Assembly (NCBI RefSeq): GCF_009834535.1
Contig: NC_045696.1
Span: forward strand, 66,280,001 to 66,344,000
DNA length: 64,000 bases
Direction: 5' to 3'
Source: Camelus ferus
Lineage: Eukaryota
Below the pieces are notes generated by a model. It had not been told where the DNA came from, ran no database searches, and worked only from the letters and a program-made list of their open reading frames with translations. The stretch's first letter is position 1, and each line of letters starts with the position of its first letter. Of this stretch, positions 25,721 through 37,330 are shown piece by piece. Made by a program: the position numbers and the translations under genes.

Positions 25721-28599
25721 ATGAAGTTACAGGTAAATGAAGACTATTGACACTTGATTTCCTAATGGAAATTTCTGGGGAGGCTTTAGACACCATCGGC
25801 TCTCCCGCTACTGGCCATCTCTCCGGAATTACAGACACTGTCTAGTCAAGGAGTTCTGATGTTAAAGAATCTGAAGACCAAAATGGACCTTAAAACCACT
25901 GAGTTCAACTTTGTTTTATAATTGAGGAAACTGAGCTCAAGACATGAACTGTGACTTGCTCAATAGAAGACAGTTAAGATGCCACCAGAGGCTGGGATGA
26001 CCCCCAAACCCAAGTTCTCTTCACTACATCAGTCTTCCCTCAAGACACATGTGAGTCAGTAATGACAGGAGCAGGATGGGAGCTTAGGATCTCTCGGTCC
26101 CTGATTTTGAGGCTGTGCACTCTGCAATGCCATGTGCTGTTTCTTTTTCTTAATGTTTTTACTTAATGCAAAGAACTTTCCTCTTCAGGCCAAGTATAAG
26201 TAACGGTGAAACAATATTTTGTAGTATTTTGAGTATTCTCTAGTAAGGCAAAAGGCTAGTTGAACTTTCTTGCCTTGTGCTCTCTGTTACTCACCTTTTT
26301 TCTGTACTTCTGCGATTTGTCCTCTTGTCGGGAAGGCCCCTGCTGCCATTTCTACCTTTTGAAATCCTTTGCATCTTTCTGAGGCTTTGTTCAAATGTCT
26401 TTTCCTCCCGGAAGCCTGTTTCAATGTCCCTGGTGGGAAATAATCGTTCTATCTTCTTTGCTCCAATGATACCTTGTTCATTTCTTTCCCATATATGAAT
26501 GGGCCATGCCCTTTATTAGAGTCTCATGTGCATCTTTGTTCCTCACTAAATGCTCACTCCTGGAAGGCAGGACCCACTCTTGCTTTATCTTTGCCTCCCC
26601 TCGTAGGATTAGCACAGCACCCTTCACGTGACATACATTTCATGCCTGTTACGTTGAACTGAACTATCGACTCCGTTTTCCAACTCTGATGCCCACATCA
26701 CTGTAAAAGACTACCAGATCTAAAAATTCATTATACTCCTTTTTGTTTAAATTTTCCATGGGTATGTTTTCTTTTTTAAGGCACTTTTATCGTGTCAACA
26801 TTTGTCCAATAGTTGTTTAAAGTGAGCTGTTAATATGGACCAAAGAAGATATGTACATGAGCACGGAGAAGAGTATAATTAAGCCAATGAGTCTCAGAAC
26901 CTTGAAATTTATGGATAATTTTATGACTTTATATGCTGGCCAATTGAAAGAGCAATTATTATGAGAGATCCCTGTCTCTTTAAAAATATTGACAATAAAG
27001 AGATTATTAAAGAGAAGGGGGCTAATTTGTTGAAGGTTTCTTCTTTCAACATGGAGGCTTCTTGGAGATTCTATAGTAATACATTTCAAGCACGGAAAGT
27101 ATGAAAGACGCTAAAAACTATTACGTGCAGTCCAAGGTTAGCAAGGATTTACTCATGGTGAATAACCTGAACTGTTCCTTCCATTCATTTTAACTAGAAG
27201 TGTTCTTGCACAGGACAGACGGCAAATTGGCTGGATGAACTGACATGAAAAGCAGGAAGGCACTTTCCATGCCGGGACTCCCAGTCTCTCTCTGCAAGGT
27301 CTGACACTTTCTAAACCTTCGTTTCTTCTCAGGGGAAGTTAGCAGCTCCATCAGCTTAAGCAGAAAGATTTTCAAATTGTTTGGGAAAATATTTTAATAA
27401 TGTTTTTAGAGAAGATTTTGCATATTTATAAAAACATAATTTTAAGCGTGCCCAAAATCAGTATATTTCTGTATTCATCACCTAGTATATTCGAGCAAGC
27501 AGAACGTTTGCATCTTTACTTTTCTCTGAGTACTGGTCAAAGGATAGTTCTGTGTGTTGTTTTTTTAAATTCACCACTTATATTCATGGTTCGATAAAAT
27601 GCACCATCAGACTCACATATAGCAGATATCCTTTATGGTATTTCAATCGTATCATAATTTTCAGAAATATAATTTTCTAGCACTAAGGAAGTACTTATAA
27701 CCCCATTGGTTTTGAAATGCCACTGTAGAAGTCAGAGAAGAAGTAAAAGCAAGAAAAGAATAAATCAGAAAAATAATACACAGAAAAATAGAAAGATGAT
27801 TGCTTTCTATTTCAAACTCTCAGACTTAAGAATTTAATAAATGACATTAGGAGACAAATATAAAAACTTGGCCCCGAGGTGTCTTTCTTAAACTTCATAA
27901 AAGTATAGCATTTGTTAGAGTAAACTCTTCCCTTCAGGATGTACCTAAGAGAACATACTCCCTATTTGAGTTCCTGACATATTGTTCCTTTTTCTTACCT
28001 ACATTTTCAGAAACCTTACTGATGAATAGCTGCTGATTCTGAAGATTTGCTTTTTACTTAGCTTTACCTCTCTCAGATTCCTAGAGCTACAGAAAAATGA
28101 TTCTACATTTCAAAATTACTTCTTTCTGAGCTTCTCCAGTGAGAAAAATTAAAGTTTCAAATGTGAAACACTCACTCATTCTTGCATGAACAGTAGGCTC
28201 CCAAGTGCAACTCATTTTTAAAAGAGGGTTTCTTAAATCCACATCTGTCTCCAGTACCTCGTGACACACTGACAAGACTTGTTTTCCCATGGACTGTGTT
28301 CATCTACTTGGAAACGCCTTAAAATAACATCTTTCTATTGCATAGTAATTGGATAGGCTTTTTATGCCTTGAGTTTGATCACTAAACTTTTAGATTATCA
28401 CTCCTTAAGAAAGTCTACCATGCTACTCTTAATGCTGTAGTCAAGATGAGTAAATACCTGTTTGTGAGGGAGGGTGTTACTGGAATGTTATTCAGTTTCA
28501 TATATGCAGCAATGGAAGAGGTGAATTCTGGAGGGATCAGTGGCAGGGATCATATAACTACCCTTGTGTGAATTTATCTTTATGAAAAAAGAGGGGTTA

Positions 28600-28700
28600 C
28601 TCACTTACCTCATCTGTAAAATGGGATAACAGCAATACCTACCCCAGAGAGTAGCTGTGAGGAGTAAATGAGCAAATAATGACTCAATAAGTAGTAAGCA
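28600..28700 (+). mobile_element. MIR fragment about 120 bp into intron 1
   Basis: cctcatctgtaaaatgggataacagcaatacctacc...gctgtgaggagtaaatgag is the MIR core. Confidence 0.8.
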
Positions 28701-28815
28701 AGGAGCAAGGCCACACACATTGGCTAGTACTACTATCATTAGTTCTGGTGAACATAGTGTGGCACTGGGGCTCAGGGACAAATTGGGTCAGTAAAAGAAG
28801 CTGCTGGCTTCTTAC

Positions 28816-28929
28816 CTCCAGGGAGTCATCTGCATTCACCATCCAGCAGTCTGTCCAGGTGGCCACAACCAGGAACCCAGCAGAGAAAAATGCAAAGAAG
28901 CAGGCGACATACTGAAGACGGTCCCTCAT
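28816..28929 (-). CDS. CLDN16: Claudin-16 coding exon 1 (114 nt, [40 protein letters not shown]1 and start of ECL1)
   Basis: ATG at 28929 in context GCTAAGATGA (A at -3). Translation matches the claudin-16 N-terminus. Donor GAG|GTAAGA at 28815, phase 0. Confidence 0.97.
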
Positions 28930-29147
28930 CTTAGCGAGCAGCCTGTCTGCAAGCGACACATGGGCAGCTGGCAGCCCTGGGGCCACGCAGGTAGCCGGAA
29001 TGCTGCTGGTCTTCTGTGCCTCTGGTACCCGGGGATCTTGAAAATCCTGGTCTTTTCCCTCTCTTTCCTCCCCAACTGCAGGCGTCTTAAGTTGCGGTGA
29101 GAGTAATAGAAACAGGCTGTAACCCACAGAGGGGTCCTGGACGTCAT
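28926..29147 (-). other. 73-aa upstream ORF ([26 protein letters not shown]...), out of frame with CLDN16; its TGA overlaps the main ATG
   Basis: ATG at 29147 lies 218 nt upstream of the main ATG (not a multiple of 3). Its N-terminus resembles the human 305-aa annotation (MTSRTPLLVTACLYYS). Whether it is transcribed or translated is unknown. Confidence 0.65.
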
Positions 29148-29560
29148 TATCTGGAGCAACCGGCCTCCAATCAGAAGGCAGGTCAGTGAAAGGGCTCAGT
29201 GTGTTTGGGGTGGGGGAGAAAGGAGCCCTGGTAGTGCGTTCTGCCCAGACTCTGGGCTGATGTGAGGTGATGGTCACCGGAGGCACGTGCCAGCACCAAG
29301 ATGGAGAGCAGGAAGGGTCAGACCCCAGGCTGACGCTTGTAAACTGCTCTTTCTCAGCCCCTCCAGGGCAAGTGAGCTGCTCTCCTCCCCCCAGTGAGGG
29401 GGCTACACGGTTGACTGAGCGCTACTTTATTATTAGGACGATTTTAATACTCGCTGACTACCTTAGACAGACAGGCCACCGGTGAAACTATGCCAACAAG
29501 CGCTTGCTCAAGGGAGTTTGCATTCCAAAGTGTGGGGCAGAACAGCCCAGGAAGGGTTTC
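29148..29560 (-). promoter_or_regulatory. Probable CLDN16 proximal promoter / 5' UTR region
   Basis: Apparently repeat-free, locally GC- and CpG-richer sequence directly upstream of exon 1, with an AT-rich TAATAATAAAG (minus) at about 29425-29435. The TSS cannot be fixed from sequence. Confidence 0.5.
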
Positions 29561-29614
29561 CAGGACCTGGGCCTCAGGTAGAGCCATGACTCCTAAACTT
29601 TCGACATCACTGAG

Positions 29615-29826
29615 TGGGAGAGAGTGTGCATTTTAATCCAGACGGCTCTGGGTATAAGTCCTGGCTCTGAAACCTATAGGCTAAAGGCACTTGGATTATG
29701 GATTCTGTAAAATGGGGCTAGTGATAGAAACAAACATCAAAAATGTTTGTGAGAATTAAATGGTATTGCGTCTGTAAATCATTTAGAATACCGTCTGACA
29801 AAAATAGCTAAATGGTAAATATTAAC
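29615..29826 (+). mobile_element. MIR SINE upstream of CLDN16
   Basis: ctgtaaaatggggctagtgatag...tgtgagaattaaatgg is the MIR core. Confidence 0.7.
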
Positions 29827-30871
29827 ATGAACAAGAATTTCCTATATGATTACTTTTACCTCATGAACCAATGTTTGAAAATATCTCTGAAGGAAAAAAA
29901 AAAACTGTTCATACTAGGATAAAAGGATTTTTTTTTAAGTTTGTGATATAGTAGGGGCAACTTGAGTTTTACTTACATCTGGATGGCATAGCCTTATTGA
30001 ATATAAATATTCCATAATCAGAAGTATTCTAAAAAATACTCAAAAGAGCATACATATCCACATTCAATCATCATCAGATAGACTTCTCTATACTAAAATT
30101 CAAATTTTAAGTGCTAATAATAAAAAAAAAAACCATTTTACATGGTTCTTAATGCAAGAGAGAATGAGAAAGGTGGGGAGAGAGAGAGAGAAGGAACAGG
30201 GAAATGGATTAGAAACAGGTCATTACCCTGGGAAGAATCAGCTGCTAAGATGGTTATTTTAGTGACAGCTCAGAAAGGGATTACTTTTTTCCACTTAATA
30301 ATGAATCAGTCATAGTAATTAGGGTAAAAGGCCTAAAATCAGCATTGATAAAACAGCCTTGAAGTATATATTAAAATAACAAACTTTTGTAACTAAAATT
30401 TGTTGTTTTCTAATTTTAATTGATTTGTATTCAAAAGTATAAAATGTGAATCTAAATGTAAAAGCTTTTATAAAACCTTATGTGAAATATAATTCTAATT
30501 ATTGTTCTAAATAAGGATATATATGTTAGCAATAATGTGAGGTGCATTACAAAGGCTTTTAATTTTATTATTTGACTTATTTTACTTAACATTTGGGGAA
30601 AAGAATACTTACTGTTTAAAGTGCTGATTCAAAGAACGGAATTATTTATGGTGTGAAAAGGCGGCTACAACACACACATGCTGCTTTGGTGAGTCACAAG
30701 TGAATCAGTCCCTGTGCCCTAAAATCTAAACTGCTCACGCTCTGTTGATACGGGAGAGGAAATCAGTTCCAAAAGCACATGCCCATTACAGGAAAAGTCC
30801 TGGACTTGGCTGCCAGCTTCCCACCCAGGGACCTTCCACAATGTACTTTTCCTGCTAATGGTGCACCCCAG

Positions 30872-31052
30872 GGCAACAGTTCTTAAACTTGAGTGCACAT
30901 GGGAATCTCCAAAGCCCCTTGTTATAAATGCAGACCTGGGAGCTCCACCCTCCGAGATTTGGATTCAGGAAATTGGAATTGGAAGCCAGTTCACATTTTA
31001 TAAATGTATAAAACTCTGATGCTCAGCCAGATGACCATGTTTTGAGGGACTA
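30872..31052. mobile_element. MER5-like hAT-Charlie MITE
   Basis: cagttcttaaacttgagtgcacatgggaatc...aaatgcagac...tttgagggact. Confidence 0.65.
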
Positions 31053-32544
31053 AGAAGAGAAGAAAACAGCATTGAAATCAGCATGCTACTCCTCAGAGTC
31101 ATATTCTCTACATCACAGACAAAGCTGTGGGAAAGGGGATATCAGAATCACATCTTTGGTAACAGATCTACCCTAACTAGTACCACAGTAGGCCCCAAAT
31201 CTAAATATCAGAACTTAATGGAAAAGATGAAGGAAGAGAAAAAAACATTGAACCCATGCATGCACTGTGCATGCAAATAAACATGTGCCCACAGGTCTCT
31301 GGAAATCAGAGACTCTTCCAGAAGAATGATATAGGCTGTACCTTAAATTATTTTCTTCCCCAAATTGCACTGGACCTTGTATGTGGTTAAGGATGGGGAG
31401 ACCATTCATGAGACTATAGAACTGTTCCTGAATCAAAGGTGACTACTTTCAGAGAATAACAAAAGACGAGCACATTGAAATGTTCATTTTTGTGGGTGAG
31501 GGCATGATACGACAGAAGATTCGAGAAACGAGAGCCATGCAGACTAACTGATGAGCAGGAAAGACTTCTGGGTGGGGCGTGAGTGCACGTCCAAGGAAGA
31601 GACAAATGTGCTGGGAGCTGCGAAGACGGAGGGTGCAGATGCAGAACAAACCATCCGCAAGGCTACATAATCACATTGTTTTCTCTTTCGTCTTCTGCTC
31701 TAGATTCCAATATTTAGCTCTATCCACTCAATCCTAGTTTTGTTCCATCCCACACGGCACACATTTACAGACAGCTTACTCTGACGCTCTGCTAGGTCCT
31801 GGAGACCCAAAAAAAATGGACTGTGGAAGACCTGGTCCCTGTCCTTGAGAAGCGGCAGTGAGTGGACCAGAGCCCGGCACAGAAGCAGCAGCAAAAAGCT
31901 CTGTTCAGGCAACTCTGAGTACGATCTTACGTTAGAGTTCCACGTCTGATACAGCGCACAGGCACACTGGTTAGAAACATGCAGGATTTCCCAGTGTGTT
32001 ATAAACACCAAAGACAGTCATCAACACGCGTGTCACTCAGTAGTGTTTACAAAATATTTCCAAATACATTCTCTCATCTAAGCTCCACGAAGACAGGCTG
32101 CTTTGTTTTGTGCTTGAAATTCTACCTGGCCTGTGGTAGGCTCTCCACAAAAAGATGTTGAATTTAATTTTATCCTCACAGCCTAGCTTTCAGCCTAGCA
32201 CCTCGGCTGTGGATCTGTGAAAGGAGGAGATTGTCCAGCTGGAAATACTGCAGTTCTCCCTTTGGCCTGCAGGTGGAAGCAGCTCTACGTTTGCAGTCCG
32301 GAAAAACAGCAAGTCGTGTTTGTGCTAACTCGTCTCTGTGAATGTCACAAACAGTTCCGTCTACATTCATTATAATAATACGAGCCCTTGGAAGGAACAA
32401 GCTGATTTATACCAAATCTTACGAATAATCTTCTCACTCCTTTTTAATTGCCCAGTGCTCACTGTTAAAACGTACACAATAAATAAAATCACTCACTGTT
32501 GTCAAAGGCCATACTGGCTGTAACTAAGGACAGACAAAATAAAT

Positions 32545-32770
32545 CAGTGGTTCAAAGCCTGAACCTCAGTCAGGCAGACTCAAGTTCAGGCTAAGCCACT
32601 TAACATACATAAGCTTTTGGGCACACTCCTTGCTACTTAATTAATAGCTGGCTCAATAAAATGAGGATGACAAATTCGAAGATGACTGTGAAAAATAAAT
32701 AACATGTATAAAGGTCTTAATGCAGTGCCTGGAACACAATAAACAATCAACAAATTATAGCTACTATTTT
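32545..32770 (+). mobile_element. MIR SINE followed by a (TA/CA)-rich microsatellite (about 32795-32890)
   Basis: cagtggttcaaagc...aaaatgaggatg...gcagtgcctggaacacaataa...agctactatt. Confidence 0.7.
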
Positions 32771-33889
32771 TTTATGTTACAGTCTTGCTCTTCTACACAT
32801 GTGCCGTACATATATATACACACGTGCACTATATGTGCATGTATATATGTATGTATGTACATATATACATGCACATATATACATACACATGGACATGATA
32901 GATAAAACAGCTTAGCTGAGCACAGAGGAAACAAAAAAGGTGTAATCATGAAGCAATTTTATTTTTCTCTCTGATGGTCCTTTCAAATCCATTCACTTTG
33001 GGTCAGTTCTTCCCCTGCCTCTTGGATGAAATCTAGGGAAGTCTCCATGGCATTTCTCTCATTCTTAGGTAATATAAATTCTTCTGGTCATTTCAAGGCA
33101 CAAAGACACAGCCTCGTTCCGGTTATGTCAGCATCTGTACTGTTGTGCGTCGGCCAAGCCTGGGTAGCCAGTCGTCCCAATGCCCCCGACACAGTCTCCT
33201 TTAGATCTCTTGGACCCGAGATGGACAGCAGTCCATTATGTCTCTCCAGGTCCAGGAGGGAACAAATAACAGGTTTTCAGAGTAGGTGAGTTGAAACTCC
33301 TTTCTCTGGGCTTAAAGTGAGGTACAAGAACTCTCTCCTCCATGGTGAAAGGGAAGCGGGACTCCATACATAGCAATAGCTCTCCAGAAACCTCTCTTTA
33401 TATTCATCTCTTTTCTTGGTGATCACCTTGTGTTTTTTAGTGGGGGACAGGTAGGGGTGGGCAGGGTAGAGATAGCTGATCCACTAAGAGTTGCAGAACT
33501 GGTTCTAAGACGTCTGTTTTGCAACTCTTGCCTGGGGTCCCTCGTCTCACTTTGGAATGTGGTGTTTACTGTCCAGTGACTGCAGTCGAGACTGAAATGG
33601 TTCTAATTGAAAACCCTACTTACACAGGCTCATGTTGTGTTAAACTGAAGTTCCAGTGTTCATCCTGGCCAGACCACTCCTGGATTCACCATGTTTACTC
33701 CTGAGTACCATCACTTAAGATCAGCTGTAGCCACCTAGAGGAGAAGGTTCCAGTTGGTGAAGTTAGTGAGGAGATTGGCAACCATCTCATATTAGGTAAA
33801 ACTGAAGAATGTTGGGGTGAAGAGAGTATTTTAAATCTATATAAAGGAGATAGTAAACATGACAGTGGGTTTTGAACAAAAGGAGGGTT

Positions 33890-34095
33890 GTCAAATGGGA
33901 AAGGAATAATTATCTTTCTAGGAGGCTTCAGAGAGCAGAACTAGGAAATCTTGTAAAAGCACAGAAAAGCAGATTTGTGCTCAATTGAGGAAGAATTTCC
34001 AACAATCGGAACTGACTGAAAGGGAAGTGGTCTGGTCTGGTGGGTTTCTTGACATTGGAGATGTTCAAACAAATGAAGGATTACCATTAGTAAAG
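33890..34095 (+). mobile_element. L3/CR1-like ancient LINE 3' fragment
   Basis: gcagatttgtgctcaattgaggaagaatttccaacaatc...cattggagatgttcaa recalled as an L3/CR1 3' region. Confidence 0.5.
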
Positions 34096-37000
34096 GGTTC
34101 ACGAATCAGTTCCTGATACCCAATCAATCATCAGGAACTGGTTGATTTGAACTCTCTGATTTGGAGGATACTAGGGGAGCATGGGGTCCTAGGAAATTTA
34201 TGCTCTTAATTTATTTCCTTCTGTACATAGAATTTGAGTCTTACTTAAGTCAAACCTCAGAGATAATTCATCAAAAATCACACCTCAAATCCAGTAGTAA
34301 TGCATATATCATTACTCATTCTTTAACTTATCTCACCTGGAAAAACAAGATTTTCATCATGGTACAGTAAGATTAAGCTATCAAGGGTGCTTTTGGGTTA
34401 ACCACAAGGTAATAAGCCTGGTGTCAAAGGTGAGCATTTTACTCCCTTTGAGTTAACAGGTAACTAACATGAAGCTTTTCTCTTGAATGGCCTGCACCCT
34501 TCCGCGTGTATCCAAGGAATTATTACACTGGTATTAAACAAGTCTATCAGAATCAGGCTTTACCTCACAAGCTGGATTTTTCTCAGTTGACTCAAGTATG
34601 CTCACTTCACCATTATGAATTTTTTTCCTCACCATTTTGCATTTCCTTCTTCTCTTCTCTCCACAAATTTATGCATTCACTTATGGAGTCAGTTTCAGCT
34701 CTTCTGTTCAAATTATGAAGGCTGTGTGAATGATGAATGCCCAGTGTATGCATATTCTACATGCTATTAGCTCTGTTTCTCTGGAGACCCCTAAGTAATG
34801 CACATCTCACAAGATGATTGTATATCACCCCTCTTTGCCCAGTCTGTCCTACTCAACGGAGTTTCCATTCTGGACATCTGAGCAATTTCTTAACCTCTGG
34901 ATACTTCTATCTCTGAACATGTGTTTATATTACTTCTTCTGAATGGAATGCGTTTTATTTTTCTGGCCATTTATTATAATCTTAATCCTCAACCGAGGGA
35001 AGGCTATTAACTTCACGAAGCCTGATGTGATCTTCCACTCACTCTTTCCTCTGTCTGTTTGACATGTCATCAGTAACCACAGAGTTTAGCATGTCATCAT
35101 TTCAAGTTTTCTATACATTAGTCTGATATCTCCAGATGATTTTTAGCAAACAAACAAACAAACAAACAGTTCAGCAAGTAGAAAGTATATGTCAGGCACA
35201 GGGTTAGGTGCTTCATATACAAATATTAATGAAAGTCCATTCAAGAAGCTTGCAGTCAAATATTGAGAATAGATAGATAGATCGATCTTGTGTTGAAATA
35301 CATATTTCTGAAAACGGTTTCAGGAGTATAAATGATAGGGCAACTGACATCTCTAGGCAATCATTACAAAAAGGCTTCATGGCAGTGATGATGGTTGATT
35401 TGGTTCTTAAATAGTAAGAATTCACTAAACATAAAAGAAGGGAACAGACAAGGGAAACATCTTGGGCAAAGAAAGAATGGTGTGAATGGGTATCACATTA
35501 CTGACAAATGGCTGTGTGAGGAGCACCGAAAAGCAAGCAATGATCCTGTTTTCCTTTTTCGCTTGTGCTTTAAATGCTCAACAATACTGAGTACGGTGGT
35601 TGCATCATGGTAGGAGCTCACATGCTGGGAATGTTTGTCTGTTTGTTAAGAATTTAAGCCCCACAGAAATAGGAACTGTGTGACTAGCTTTACTGAGTGC
35701 TGGGTTTCAATAATGTATATTGAGTGAATGAATGAGTTCCATGTGCCAGGCATCGTGCTAGTCATTAGAAACTCACCAAAGAACAAAATATTCTACTGGA
35801 GGAAGGATATTCAATAACATTTAAGCTCTTAATAGATATATGCTATCTCTCTGTGGGATAAAGATATAAATTTACTATGAGTACTCTGAAGAGGTCCTTC
35901 TAAGTGGTCTGGTTATAGTATAGCTTATTTGGAATGTATTTTACATTCAAGATGCAGGGCATTTTAATAGAAAATACTGGTCTAGAATTTCATACACTTA
36001 GTTTCAGCCCAAGGTACACTTTAGATTTTCTTAGCTTAGCTTCTTAGCATTATATGATAATAAAGAACATTAACAATTGTCCAGTAATTTGGTCATTCTA
36101 GACAACCAATCTATATAACTTAATTTTAAAACAAAAAATTCAAGTGTATTTCTTTCTTTATGCCTCAAATAGGGCAAAACGTTCTATATACCAGTGCTTA
36201 AAGAGCTAGGGGAAAAAATTCTGTATCAACATTACTCATTTTAGTCATATTTAATTGGTGTTTATAGATGTTTTCATTTATATTATTTCATTTTGCATTA
36301 AAGACAATTGAAGAGACATCATATCACCATTTTACAGATGCAAAAAATGAGGGCCATTTGTTTAAGGACTTATGTAACCTGATCAAGCCAGAAAGTGGCA
36401 GAATCTGGATTTGGACTGAAGACAATCAAAGTGGAACACAGGCAAGCATCCAGTGGAAACTGCAAAGGCCAACAGAGATGAGTCAGGGAAACGGAAGTCC
36501 TCCCAAGGAGATCCGGCTCACTCAAACCTGGCAGAGGTTCAGGGACAGTCCCACTCCACCTGTCACCTGTTCAACATTCTGACTCCTTAATCCTAGGTCA
36601 GGATTCAGATGAAAAATCGACCCTAACCACCAGTGAACAGGAAAGAATCAGGACCTGAAACTCATGACATCTGGATTATCATCCTGGTAAGATAAAAGCT
36701 CTCTGTTGAAACTGTGAAGCAAGTTGCTTTACTCACTTGAATTTATCAGTGAAACAGCTTCAACCAATCTGCCCTCAGGGAGGCAGTGAAAATGTGTGAC
36801 ATCACTCATGAAAGGTGGAAGGCTCTATTGTACTTCATATCCCATTTTGTGCACATGTAGAAACACTGTGAGGTCCTCCCCTCCTTCAGAAAAACCTCCT
36901 CCCACTCTTACCTCTTCTCTCTCTTACCTTCCAAACTTACCTGCTGAGAGTCTCTTCAATCTTCAAGGACCTTCTCAAATCTGATCCCATCATTTGAGTG

Positions 37001-37099
37001 CATTGAGAGGCTCCCATTTGTAAGTCATCTGTCCCTTGAATCGATATTAACTCTTTGCTTGTTAGAATAATATTCATAATAATACTTAATTATAATTTT

Positions 37100-37330
37100 T
37101 AATAATTAGGACCTCAACATTTATTGAGGGTTACTACATGTTATGGACTAAGCCAACTGATTTTCGAGTAGTTATCTTTTTACGTTCTTCCAACAGTCCT
37201 AAGAAGCAGTTCTATTATAAACATACATTTTATGGAAGAAGAAATAGATGATTGGAATGATATTTTAACTTATCCCAGTTTTCACAACTAGCAAATAATG
37301 GAGCCAGGATCTAAACCCAGGTCTGACTGT
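37100..37330 (-). mobile_element. MIR SINE
   Basis: aacatttattgagggttactac...cattttatggaagaagaaa...ggagccaggatctaaacccaggtctg. Confidence 0.75.

Noticed and set aside
25323..25838. 171-aa Phe/Ser/Pro/Leu-rich membrane-like ORF
   Set aside because: Translation of a low-complexity pyrimidine tract.
28684..29286. 200-aa ORF as a standalone gene
   Set aside because: It is CLDN16 exon 1 plus upstream open frame and intron read-through. It starts at GTG, and a consensus donor at 28815 ends the real coding part.
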